A stretch of 64,000 nucleotides of DNA from Candidatus Hermodarchaeota archaeon (GTDB taxonomy: Archaea; Asgardarchaeota; Lokiarchaeia; Sigyniarchaeales; SOKP01), in the NCBI GenBank assembly GCA_048885525.1, contig JBHLLP010000002.1, positions 64,001-128,000 of the forward strand, given 5' to 3'. The notes under the pieces were generated by a model. It ran no database searches, was not told the origin of the DNA, and was given only the letters and a program-made list of their open reading frames with translations. The position numbers and the translations under genes are program-made. Shown piece after piece: positions 9,883-19,045 of the stretch. The first letter of the stretch is position 1, and every line of letters begins with the position of its first letter.

Positions 9883-11627
9883 TTATCAATCACCTTAAAA
9901 ATAGATTTTTCTTTTTGAATTATCAAATTAGATGACTTTAAATCGGGAAGATTAGATGTAATGTCTTTAATTCTCTGTAATTCATCATATTTTTGTTGTC
10001 TCAAGTCATCCCACGAGTAGCATGCACCATTAATAATTTTTGTTTTAATTTTACCCATTGCAAATTTATTGTTTTTTAAATGTGGAGCATCAAAAATCCC
10101 ATATTTTACAAGACGGTTCAAAACATTGGGATTAACATATGGATCTTTTAGTTCTTTCTCATCCTTAGTCAAACATGGGATTAAATTTATTATCCATTTT
10201 GCTTGTTTAATTAATTGTTCTTTTCTTTTTTGTATTTTATTATCAATCAAGTTTAATTTGCTTGAATATATTCTATTTATAACTTGATCTATTATTTTAC
10301 AACTTTCAATTACGTCTTCTGGAAGAGCAGCATGCTGAGCTTCTGAATAACTAACTACATGAATTATATCTGGTTTTATTGCTAATTGAATCATTGTAGT
10401 AGCTGCTAATTGCCCCTTTGCTTTATCTAAATCCAATGGGAAACTGGCTAATCCTGTTCTTACTTGTTTAATTACTGAAAATTCTTTATCTACTAGAGTC
10501 TGTAATAATTCATTATTTGCTAGAATTTTGGCTAAATCCATATCAAGTGAACTTGAAGGTGGTGTATTAAACATATTTTGTGCGATGAAATGTTTTACAC
10601 CTAGCTTTTTAGCTATTATCCCGCATAAATACATATCTGCCACAGATATAACATCTGGAGCGTCTCTTAAACTCCAATGGTGAGAATCGTTAATCTCGAC
10701 AGGAATATTATTGTCACCATGCCATTTAATAGCTTCTAAGTGTTGAATTATTGATTCTTTTAATGTTAAAGGCCCTCTCCCATCCATTTGATTAAACCAA
10801 AAAATTGGGATAGCTGCCCAAGCATTATTAATAGTTTCTCTATATAGTTTCGCTAACTTTATAAAATCACGAGTTCCTGAATAGATTCGTAAAAGAGGAT
10901 AATTTCCTGTTAATCTTGCTCTATGTAAATTTAAAAAGTCTTCCTTAGTTCTAATTGGTACTCCTCCTGCGCCAGATAAATGTTTAACTTGATCCTTAGG
11001 ATGGAAATAATTAGCTTGAGTATTCTGATCTGGAGCGATTGAAATTATATCTAAAACCTCTGCATCTGCAATCTTTTTTATCCCTTTTATGGTTTCTTTC
11101 ATACTTGGTAATCCAAAATGAGCTCTTATTATAGGAAAGGGCTTTTTCCATTTTATACGAGAAATTAATTCCTTAGGGATCTCTACTTCTTCTCCAGAAA
11201 CAGCTAATTCATTTCTTAAAATAGAAATTATTTTATATTTTGACTCTCCACCTATAAAAAATTCATGAAAAATACCAAAATCTTTAGCAATTCTAACTAC
11301 TTCAGGAGTCCCAGCAAAAAATAGTTGTTTAGGTTTGTATTCCGACTTTTCATATTTTTTTTTAAAATTTTGAAGAATTGGTATAACAGTAGAGGGTGTT
11401 AGCCGGTAGCTAAGCCCTAAAATATCTGGTTTCACTCGTTTAATTTTATCAATAATCACAGAATTTGGAACTGCAGGTCCTAAAAAGAAGCATTCAAACC
11501 CCAATTGGGTTGCAATGTTCATAAAATTATAAGATCCTGCTACATGAACGCATTGACCAATACATGCCGTTAAAATCTTTTTGGTTTTTAGCCTTTTGAT
11601 ATTATTATTATTATCTTTCATTATCAT
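9879..11627 (-). CDS. Cobalamin-dependent enzyme: B12-binding domain fused to a glutamate mutase epsilon-like TIM barrel
   Basis: CVHVAG (DxHxxG variant), LGLSYRL, FFAG; barrel motifs RAHFGLP, DQNTQAN, YSGTRD, FPLDLDKAKG, SEA; GGAGG SD at 11636-11640. Confidence 0.8.
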   Translation of the reverse strand: MIMKDNNNNIKRLKTKKILTACIGQCVHVAGSYNFMNIATQLGFECFFLGPAVPNSVIIDKIKRVKPDILGLSYRLTPSTVIPILQNFKKKYEKSEYKPKQLFFAGTPEVVRIAKDFGIFHEFFIGGESKYKIISILRNELAVSGEEVEIPKELISRIKWKKPFPIIRAHFGLPSMKETIKGIKKIADAEVLDIISIAPDQNTQANYFHPKDQVKHLSGAGGVPIRTKEDFLNLHRARLTGNYPLLRIYSGTRDFIKLAKLYRETINNAWAAIPIFWFNQMDGRGPLTLKESIIQHLEAIKWHGDNNIPVEINDSHHWSLRDAPDVISVADMYLCGIIAKKLGVKHFIAQNMFNTPPSSSLDMDLAKILANNELLQTLVDKEFSVIKQVRTGLASFPLDLDKAKGQLAATTMIQLAIKPDIIHVVSYSEAQHAALPEDVIESCKIIDQVINRIYSSKLNLIDNKIQKRKEQLIKQAKWIINLIPCLTKDEKELKDPYVNPNVLNRLVKYGIFDAPHLKNNKFAMGKIKTKIINGACYSWDDLRQQKYDELQRIKDITSNLPDLKSSNLIIQKEKSIFKVIDK

Positions 11628-11665
11628 AAAATTTCCTCCTTATCGGAGTTTTTATAGTAATTATA

Positions 11666-11729
11666 ATTCTTAATCATTCATAAGACAGACTTTGGGGTAT
11701 TCCCTGAGCCAAATGATGAAAATTAGAAA
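11666..11729 (-). promoter_or_regulatory. Candidate structured 5' leader element of the B12 enzyme operon
   Basis: GC-richer island able to fold into a long imperfect hairpin (GGG-AATA-CCC cap, GGCT/AGTC, TCAT/ATGA, TTCT/AGAA) about 25 nt upstream of the SD. Confidence 0.35.
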
Positions 11730-11975
11730 TAGATATATTTACTAATTTTTGATTGGTTATACAATTAACCATAGTAAACACTATATTATTATAGCAATGT
11801 TTGATATTTAAATATAGTGATTATTTAAATAGATATAAATTTACTTTTTAATTAAATAAATAACCTTTTAAGTAAAAGTATTTGTCTATAAGAGAAGTAA
11901 ATTTATATACTTTTATATATAATATCTATATATAAAAAGAAATTTTTTTATAATATAATCTATTGGTGAAGTGAA

Positions 11976-12200
11976 ATTTCTTCTAGCCAATCACAAAGAA
12001 AATCTACCTTAGAAATAGTAGAAAATATTTATAATGCCTTAGATGATGGGAAATTTCATACAATAAGCGAAATTTCTGAAAAGGCAAAGTCGAACTGGAT
12101 TACAGTAAAAAATCAAGTAGAACTTATTAAAAAAATTCAAGATTTACCTAAAATTGATATAATTCATGCCTCAAAGCAGATATTAGTGAGAAAAGTATAA
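11976..12200 (+). CDS. Small winged-helix/HTH DNA-binding protein (74 aa, ATT start; absent from the ORF track)
   Basis: Hand translation (M)SSSQSQRKSTLEIVENIYNALDDGKFHTISEISEKAKSNWITVKNQVELIKKIQ...; HTH pattern TISEIS..A...W.TV; GGTGA SD at 11965-11969. Confidence 0.7.
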   Translation: MSSSQSQRKSTLEIVENIYNALDDGKFHTISEISEKAKSNWITVKNQVELIKKIQDLPKIDIIHASKQILVRKV

Positions 12201-12312
12201 TTTAGAAAGGATATAAACTTGTATTGTAAGCAGTATCAGAAAAAAATTGTATCTTATACTTACTTTAATGTTAATAAACAAATATTACCCTATTTATCAG
12301 AAATATGAGATA

Positions 12313-12360
12313 AATTATTGTTGAGAAAATTTTTAGTCAATAATTACTGTTGAGAAAATT
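12313..12360. repeat. 19-bp direct repeat (AATTAYTGTTGAGAAAATT x2, 29-bp period)
   Basis: Copies at 12313-12331 and 12342-12360 with one mismatch. Confidence 0.75.
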
Positions 12361-12545
12361 AAAAAAGACAAAAAAGAAGAAGCCTAAGTAAAGAAGCTTA
12401 TAGTATTTACAGATAATTACAAATTGTAAAAATTTAAAGGCTCAAATAGAATTTCTGACTAAATCAATAAATCTTCCTAGGAAATATGATATCTCTATAG
12501 AAGGTTTTTTTTAAAAAATCTAAAAAAAAAATATTAAAAATTAAT

Positions 12546-13460
12546 ATGATTGAAAATAAAAATAATAAATCGGCTGAGTCAAATAATAAAGAAAAGTGTT
12601 GTAGAAATCCAAATATTAATATTAGAAATGGGGCAAAGGTATGTTTAAATTGTGGTATGGTAATAGGCGTTGTATTACTACAGAAAGAAAGAAGAGCTTT
12701 CACTTTAGATGAAAGAAGAAAAAGAAAGCGAACTGAAAAAAGGTGGAGAGCTTATGGTCCCAGGACCATTCTTTCAAATGAAATTATAGACAGTAAAGGT
12801 AAAATCATTGATGCTAAAAAAAGATTAAAAATTAAACGTTTATCAAAAATACAAAGATCTTTAACTACAGGAATAGAGAGAAATTTATGGGAAGCTGAGC
12901 CAAAAATGTCATATCTGGTTTCTAAATTAAATATTCCTGATTATGTTTTTAAAACGGCCTGGACAATTTATAAATCTGCTGCGGAAAAGAAATTAACAAT
13001 GGGTAGATCGATTAAAGGATTTATAGCTGCTTCTTTATATGTTGCAATACGAACTTATGAAATTCCTCGGTTATTAGAAGAAATAACTGACGCTCTCTTT
13101 ATCTCTCGAAGAACTGTCATTCGTTCTTTAGGAATATTATTTAGAGAAATATTACCAGATCTTAATCTTAAATATAAACCAATTACACCAGAACAATTAG
13201 TATTTAAATTTGGAAATGAGTTAAAAATACCTATCAAAATACAAAAAAAAGCAGTTAATTTACTAAGATATTCGTCTAATAGAGGGCTTTCTACTAATGG
13301 AAAAGATCCAAAAGGATTTGCAGCTTCAGCTATTTATATGGCGGCAAAATCTACTGATCATCGTAAAACTCAGAGTCAAGTTTCAGATACAGCAAAAATC
13401 ACAGAAGTAACTTTAAGAACTAGAATAAAAGAAATTAAAGAATTATCCCGTTTAAATTAA
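12546..13460 (+). CDS. tfb: Transcription initiation factor IIB
   Basis: N-terminal zinc ribbon (CC...CLNCG), GRSI..FIAASLY, GKDPKGFAASAIY, ITEVTLRTR HTH. Confidence 0.93.
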   Translation: MIENKNNKSAESNNKEKCCRNPNINIRNGAKVCLNCGMVIGVVLLQKERRAFTLDERRKRKRTEKRWRAYGPRTILSNEIIDSKGKIIDAKKRLKIKRLSKIQRSLTTGIERNLWEAEPKMSYLVSKLNIPDYVFKTAWTIYKSAAEKKLTMGRSIKGFIAASLYVAIRTYEIPRLLEEITDALFISRRTVIRSLGILFREILPDLNLKYKPITPEQLVFKFGNELKIPIKIQKKAVNLLRYSSNRGLSTNGKDPKGFAASAIYMAAKSTDHRKTQSQVSDTAKITEVTLRTRIKEIKELSRLN

Positions 13461-13470
13461 GAGTGTATTC

Positions 13471-15525
13471 ATGAATTCGAAAGGGTTATTTTTAGTAAGT
13501 CCTAACATAGGACATCCCAAAATATTGAATATTGATAGTAAATTAACTAAAAAAGACTTTAAAACAGATTTATTAATCATATCTAATATAAAGAATCCAA
13601 AAAAAGTAAAAGAATTCTTAACAGATAATATTAAATTAATACCTATTTTTGACTATAAGTGGAAATTAGAACAACTTCTAAAAAAAAGAGGTTTAAGAAA
13701 AAAAATCAAACGATTATGGAGAAAAATAAAAGCTTTTTTCTCATTTAGAAAAAAGGAAAAACATTTTGAAAGTTCAATAGAAGAATTAGACAAGTTTGGA
13801 GAAAAACAAAAAAGAACAGTAAAAATAAAAAAGAAGGATATAAAGAAAATAAAGCCTCGCGCTTTTAGGGGAATCCCAATAATTACTAAAATCATAAATA
13901 TAATATCAACAACCTCAATAAAGATCAATAACTCAAAATATATTGATGATCAATATTGTAGACCTCAGAATTATTTAAGAAAATTAGACGTTTTTGATAA
14001 TTTGGATTATTTCTTTAAAATTACTTTAGAATTTAAAATAACTGATGAGATTTTAAAATTTTTGTCAACCAAAAAGTTCGTAATGTTTGACATTTTAGTT
14101 GAAGATATAAATTTGGACAAAGAAATAAATTATCACGCTATTGTAATTTCAAAAAACGATTGGACAAATATCAATATCATACAAGCAACTGATTTACATA
14201 TAGCTAAAAGAAATGATGAAATATTTGATAAAATAAATAAAATGTATCGAAATCTTAGAAGTAAAAATATTAAAAAAATAAATCAAATAGAAACTAATCA
14301 ACTAAACTCAAAAGATAAAGGTGATATTAGAAAATCTCTTTTTAAAATTGATCTCTCATTTAAAAAGAGACTGATTAATCCAAACAATCTTTTTAGAAAA
14401 TTTATTGAGATTGTAAATAAGAAAGTAACCAAAAATGAAATTGACTTTATAATTATTACAGGAGATATTGTAGATTTTACTAATATTAGTAAAACACCAG
14501 AAAATAAAAATAAAATTTTTAGGTATAAAAAGAGTAATTGGAAAGTCTTCAAAATAATTGTCTTGAATATAAATCAGACTAATACTAAGGGTGTTAAAAG
14601 ATCAACGGAAATATTATGTCCAATCTTTACCATTCCCGGCAATCATGATTATCGCCCTTGGCAGTATGATTTAAATTGGGGAGGAATTTATAAAAAAATA
14701 GGGCTTAAAAAAATTGAAGCTCAAGCATTAAAAGATGAATATTCAGCTTCTCCAATCAAAGCTATTTTAAAAAGTGAAAATGCATTAAAAGGATATTTGT
14801 CCGAAATAAATGCTTCACTAAATTACTATTTAAAATTAGAAAATTCTGTGTTTATTTTTTTAAATACTGGGGCGGATTCCTATAAAAAAATAACAGATTT
14901 TATATCAGGAAGCCCTTCTCTAACAGGTCTTACTCACAGGCAAATAGAATTTTTAAATAATATTATTGAATATAAGCACAATAAAAAATCTCAAATTTTT
15001 CTTTGTTTGCATGCACCTCCTATAAATACAAGAGAGAAACGAGGTATATTAAGCCGAATAAAGAAAAAATTTAAAAAAATGATGAGAATACATTTAGATC
15101 AGTTCAAAGAATCTAAATTTGCAAGTCTAAAAAGGAAAAGAGAAAAAGCCAGAATTGATAATAAATTTAATATAACATATGGAACGATTTCTTCTAATTG
15201 GGAGAAATTGATTGATTTTTGTATCAAATATTGTATTCTAACTATCTCAGGTCATACACACATGTTAAATGAATATAGATTGAAAAAATCTTTACAAAAT
15301 AGCTCTAATGATAAGGAAGTGAAAAATTCATCTTTTTCAGTATTTTATGATGATTATTCTGAGATTTGTAAAAACATAAAGGATATTCAAAAATATAGTC
15401 CCTTTATAGTTCAAACTCCTGCGCTAGGATTAAAATCCTTTAAAAGACTTAAGAAAGCAGGAGCATATCGAGAAATAATAATAAAAAATGGAAAATTAGA
15501 TTCATTTCAAGTTAAATATCTATAA
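13471..15525 (+). CDS. Calcineurin-like metallophosphoesterase with a long basic N-terminal region
   Basis: TDLH, ITGDIVD, PGNHD, CLHAPP, SGHTH. Confidence 0.85.
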   Translation: MNSKGLFLVSPNIGHPKILNIDSKLTKKDFKTDLLIISNIKNPKKVKEFLTDNIKLIPIFDYKWKLEQLLKKRGLRKKIKRLWRKIKAFFSFRKKEKHFESSIEELDKFGEKQKRTVKIKKKDIKKIKPRAFRGIPIITKIINIISTTSIKINNSKYIDDQYCRPQNYLRKLDVFDNLDYFFKITLEFKITDEILKFLSTKKFVMFDILVEDINLDKEINYHAIVISKNDWTNINIIQATDLHIAKRNDEIFDKINKMYRNLRSKNIKKINQIETNQLNSKDKGDIRKSLFKIDLSFKKRLINPNNLFRKFIEIVNKKVTKNEIDFIIITGDIVDFTNISKTPENKNKIFRYKKSNWKVFKIIVLNINQTNTKGVKRSTEILCPIFTIPGNHDYRPWQYDLNWGGIYKKIGLKKIEAQALKDEYSASPIKAILKSENALKGYLSEINASLNYYLKLENSVFIFLNTGADSYKKITDFISGSPSLTGLTHRQIEFLNNIIEYKHNKKSQIFLCLHAPPINTREKRGILSRIKKKFKKMMRIHLDQFKESKFASLKRKREKARIDNKFNITYGTISSNWEKLIDFCIKYCILTISGHTHMLNEYRLKKSLQNSSNDKEVKNSSFSVFYDDYSEICKNIKDIQKYSPFIVQTPALGLKSFKRLKKAGAYREIIIKNGKLDSFQVKYL

Positions 15526-15552
15526 ATAGTTTATTCATGACATAAAAAAGCA

Positions 15553-15888
15553 GTGGAGGTGAAAACTAAAATAAAAGATGAGAAAATATGTCAGATATGT
15601 AGCTTTCCAAAAGAATTATGTATCTGTGAAAAATTAGGAGCCGAGGATCAACAAATAGAAATTTATAATGAAAAAAGAAGATGGGGGAAAAAAGTGACCA
15701 TTGCTAAGTTTAATGGTAACTTTAATATTGATTTAGATAATCTTATTACTAGAGCAAAGAAAAAGTGCGCTTCTGGTGGAACATATGGAGACAATTATAT
15801 TGAAGTACAAGGAGATCATCGTTTTAGATTAAAAAAATTTCTAATTAATGAAGGTTTCCCTAAAGAAAAAATTTTAATTGAAGATTAA
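15553..15888 (+). CDS. sui1: Translation initiation factor aIF1 (SUI1 family); true start may be ATA at 15571
   Basis: CQICSFPKELCIC zinc motif, RRWGKKVT, KKKCASGGT, IEVQGDHR. Confidence 0.92.
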   Translation: MEVKTKIKDEKICQICSFPKELCICEKLGAEDQQIEIYNEKRRWGKKVTIAKFNGNFNIDLDNLITRAKKKCASGGTYGDNYIEVQGDHRFRLKKFLINEGFPKEKILIED

Positions 15889-16065
15889 AATTGTGAATGA
15901 TGCATTAATTGGTTTAAAGCTATAGATGATTTTAGAGAATTTATAATAGATCTGGATTATATCTTTATTATTATAGAGATTTAAAAGCCTCTCTTTTGAA
16001 ATCAAAAAAAATATAAAAAATCAATAAATCACTTGAAAATTAATGATATTCTTCTTAATCCTATC

Positions 16066-16545
16066 TTATTTTTCCTTTAGAAAAAACATTTTTCTCTTGG
16101 AATGAACTGCTTCAAAAGATTCTTTATAAATTTTGATGTCTTCATGTATTTCTTCTAATTCTTCATTTTTCAGCATATTATCAAAAATTCTTTTTGTTGA
16201 GAGGTATAATTTAGGAACAAATGTATCTATTTGAGATAATTGGTAAGCTAGTTCTTTTATTGAAGAAAAATCTAATTTCAAATTAATTTCTTTCCTTTTA
16301 ATTCTTTCAATAATTTTCTTCTCCAATTTTCTTCGTGAAATATTACTCCATGTTATTTCATACACGAAATAATTGACAGACTGAACTGCTTCAGTTAAAA
16401 GGGCGGTTCCTGTTGCTATAAAAATGCTTCCCGTAATCAAATATGCTGTTAAAGTCCCTAATGCTAGCGTTAATGATCTATAAATTATACTTTTAACAAT
16501 ACTTTGTTTCCACTCTATTTTCGACAATTTTTTTTTTAATGTCAT
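16066..16545 (-). CDS. DUF2061-like membrane protein with a C-terminal helical extension
   Basis: SIVKSIIYR, two hydrophobic helices, YFVYEITW. Confidence 0.65.
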   Translation of the reverse strand: MTLKKKLSKIEWKQSIVKSIIYRSLTLALGTLTAYLITGSIFIATGTALLTEAVQSVNYFVYEITWSNISRRKLEKKIIERIKRKEINLKLDFSSIKELAYQLSQIDTFVPKLYLSTKRIFDNMLKNEELEEIHEDIKIYKESFEAVHSKRKMFFLKEK

Positions 16546-16681
16546 CTCAAAGTTTTTATAATTCCTATTTTATAAGAATTTCAGTTAATATATTTAATAA
16601 TTTTTTTCTTAATTAATCAATAATGAATATTCTCCAAATTGTCTTTTTGAAAAAAAAGTTTCTTTAAAAAAAAATGAAGCA

Positions 16682-17344
16682 CTAGTCATATTCTAAAGAT
16701 TTATAACAAAACCACCAATCATAGCACCTATATTCCTTAGATCTTTGTTCTGCTGTTTCTTCATCTGTGGGGGGTGGTATTATAACTTGTTGACTAATTA
16801 ATTCATTATTTGGCCAATTTGCAGGAATTGCAACCTTCTCTTGATCTGCATTTTTCAGGGCTTTAATTATTCTAATAATTTCATCTATATTTCGACCAAG
16901 TTCTTGTGGATAAAAGAGAATTACTCTTATTACTGTCTTTGGATCAACAATAAAGACAGCTCTAACAGTATTAGGTCCTTTACCAAGATGGATCATGCCC
17001 AGTCTTTTAGCAATATTACCATTATCAGCAATTATTGGAAATGGTATTTTTACTCCTAATTTTTCGGCAATCCATTCTATCCATTTTAAATGTGAAAAAA
17101 CCTGATCTATGGAAAGTCCTACTAATTCACATTCTAATTTTTGGAATTCTTCATATCGCTTTGCAAAAGCTACATATTCAGTTGTACACACAGGTGTAAA
17201 ATCTGCAGGATGACTAAAAAATACAAACCATTGTCGTTTAAAATCTTTTGGAATTTCTTTTTTACCGTGAGTTGTTATTACTTCCATCTCTGGAAATTTA
17301 TCACCAATTAATGGAAATGAATTAGAATTTTTAGAGTTATTCAT
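16682..17344 (-). CDS. Peroxiredoxin (Prx6/archaeal type)
   Basis: [33 protein letters not shown]; GAGGTGA SD. Confidence 0.95.
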   Translation of the reverse strand: MNNSKNSNSFPLIGDKFPEMEVITTHGKKEIPKDFKRQWFVFFSHPADFTPVCTTEYVAFAKRYEEFQKLECELVGLSIDQVFSHLKWIEWIAEKLGVKIPFPIIADNGNIAKRLGMIHLGKGPNTVRAVFIVDPKTVIRVILFYPQELGRNIDEIIRIIKALKNADQEKVAIPANWPNNELISQQVIIPPPTDEETAEQRSKEYRCYDWWFCYKSLEYD

Positions 17345-17423
17345 ATAATTTCACCTCAGATATTTTTTTTATTATATCTTATTATATTCTTTTTAATTAG
17401 ATATCAAATTTTAATCGATAATC

Positions 17424-17690
17424 TTATGGTTTTGATATTTTTTTGTTTATGTAATCTATTATTATCAAATTTTTGGGTTCTAATTTCATTTTTCCTATAT
17501 CTTTTGATATCTCATTTAAAACATTCTTTTTATTAGAACGATCTTTTATCCTTGAGATTATTTTAATTTTTAATTCTTTGTTCCTCTTAAACCTTAAATT
17601 ATTTTTCTTGGTTTGTTCTAATTTTCTAATATTTCCTGATTTTAAGTATTTTTTATTATTTTTTTCATTGCTATGTGTCAAATTTTTCAT
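17424..17690 (-). CDS. Hypothetical Lys/Asn-rich protein
   Basis: ATG ORF co-oriented with neighbours; no motif; may be spurious in AT-rich DNA. Confidence 0.3.
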   Translation of the reverse strand: MKNLTHSNEKNNKKYLKSGNIRKLEQTKKNNLRFKRNKELKIKIISRIKDRSNKKNVLNEISKDIGKMKLEPKNLIIIDYINKKISKP

Positions 17691-18023
17691 CTGTTTATTA
17701 TATTCTATTAATTCTATTATTAAATTTAACTATTACTTAATTTTCTCTGAAGTAATTTAAAATAATAATTTGAGTCTTATAGGATAATTGATTTGGTTAG
17801 TTTTTATAAACTATATATCTAAGGATTAATTTTAGATTTCCTAAGTTAATAAATTTCAAACCATTTTTATATATTTTCTTAAAAAATACATACCTTTTAA
17901 TTTTTTTGTTTTAAAAAGATAAAAATTAAAATTATTTTATTGTATAGACATTATTAGAGTAATTATTTTATAATTTAAGGTTATTCCTATGCTCTCTTTT
18001 AAGTTTCAAATTACATAATAGAT

Positions 18024-19043
18024 TCAATTTTTATCTTTTTCTAATATTGATTCATAAACCTTAATGTAATCATCAACCATTCTTTCAACAGAAAACTTTT
18101 TTTCAACCCATCTTCGACATTCTGAGCGATCAATAAGATCAATTTTTTTTAATGCATTAATTGCTTCTTCATGAGAATTGACTAAAAAGCCAGTTTTTCC
18201 ATTTACAATTACTTCAGCCATACTACCTTTGTTAAAAGATATTACGGGTGTTCCACAAGCCATTGCCTCTACAACTGACAATCCAAATGCCTCAGGAATA
18301 TTAATAGGGTTTAATAATGCATAAGCTCCTCCTAATAACTCATCTCTTTTCTTTGGATCAGCAATACCAACATACTTGACTAATTCATCATCAAGGAAAG
18401 GTTCAATATTTCTTTTAAAATAATCCTTATCTTGAATAATTCCTGCTAAGATTAATTTCATTTCAACTTTAAGAGCCATTTCAATAGCTTCTTTAGCACC
18501 TTTATCATGATGTAAACGACCAAAAAATATTAGATAATCTTTTGGATTAGATTTAAAAGTAAATTGGTTCAAATCTATACCATGATATACCGTAGCTATA
18601 TAATTTAATTCTGGAATTCTAGCAGCATTACTTATAGAAACGTAATAACTCTGATTATTGTATTTCTTATACACAGGTAAAATTTTGGGAGATGAGATAC
18701 CATGAATTGTTGTTACCACAGGAGTGGATGTCATTTTTATATATGTTAATGGTAAAAAATCAAAATGGTTATGAATAATATCAAAATCATCTCCTCTTTC
18801 GAACAATTCAGATATATGTAAACATTCCCATACTTTTGGAATTATTTGATTATCTTCTTCATAACCATGTTCACAAACACCAACAAGATTTGCTTTAGTA
18901 ATGGAATTTTTTGTAGCAAATAAAGTGACATCAATCCCTTTCTTTATAAGTCCTTCTGTCAATAAAGAGACTATATATTCCCATGGTCCATAAGAGCGAG
19001 GAGGAGTACGCCATGCGATTGGTGAGAGTATTGCTACGTGTAT
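18024..19043 (-). CDS. Glycosyltransferase family 4 (start extended to ATA at 19043)
   Basis: Extended N-terminus HVAILSPIAWRTPPRSYGPWE; DIIHNH, VVTTIHG, EAFGLSVVEAMACGTP. Confidence 0.9.
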   Translation of the reverse strand: MHVAILSPIAWRTPPRSYGPWEYIVSLLTEGLIKKGIDVTLFATKNSITKANLVGVCEHGYEEDNQIIPKVWECLHISELFERGDDFDIIHNHFDFLPLTYIKMTSTPVVTTIHGISSPKILPVYKKYNNQSYYVSISNAARIPELNYIATVYHGIDLNQFTFKSNPKDYLIFFGRLHHDKGAKEAIEMALKVEMKLILAGIIQDKDYFKRNIEPFLDDELVKYVGIADPKKRDELLGGAYALLNPINIPEAFGLSVVEAMACGTPVISFNKGSMAEVIVNGKTGFLVNSHEEAINALKKIDLIDRSECRRWVEKKFSVERMVDDYIKVYESILEKDKN

Positions 19044-19045
19044 TA

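Noticed and set aside
9879-11627. Methionine synthase or radical SAM assignment
   Set aside because: No CxxxCxxC motif and no recognisable homocysteine- or pterin-binding motifs; the barrel resembles glutamate mutase epsilon
11690-11730. Possible C/D box sRNA or TPP riboswitch on the + strand
   Set aside because: Only a CTGA/ATGATGA pair without terminal C and D boxes; GGGGT...CTGAG lacks the rest of the TPP aptamer
12313-12360. Possible CRISPR mini-array
   Set aside because: Only two 19-bp units with a 10-bp spacer and no cas genes
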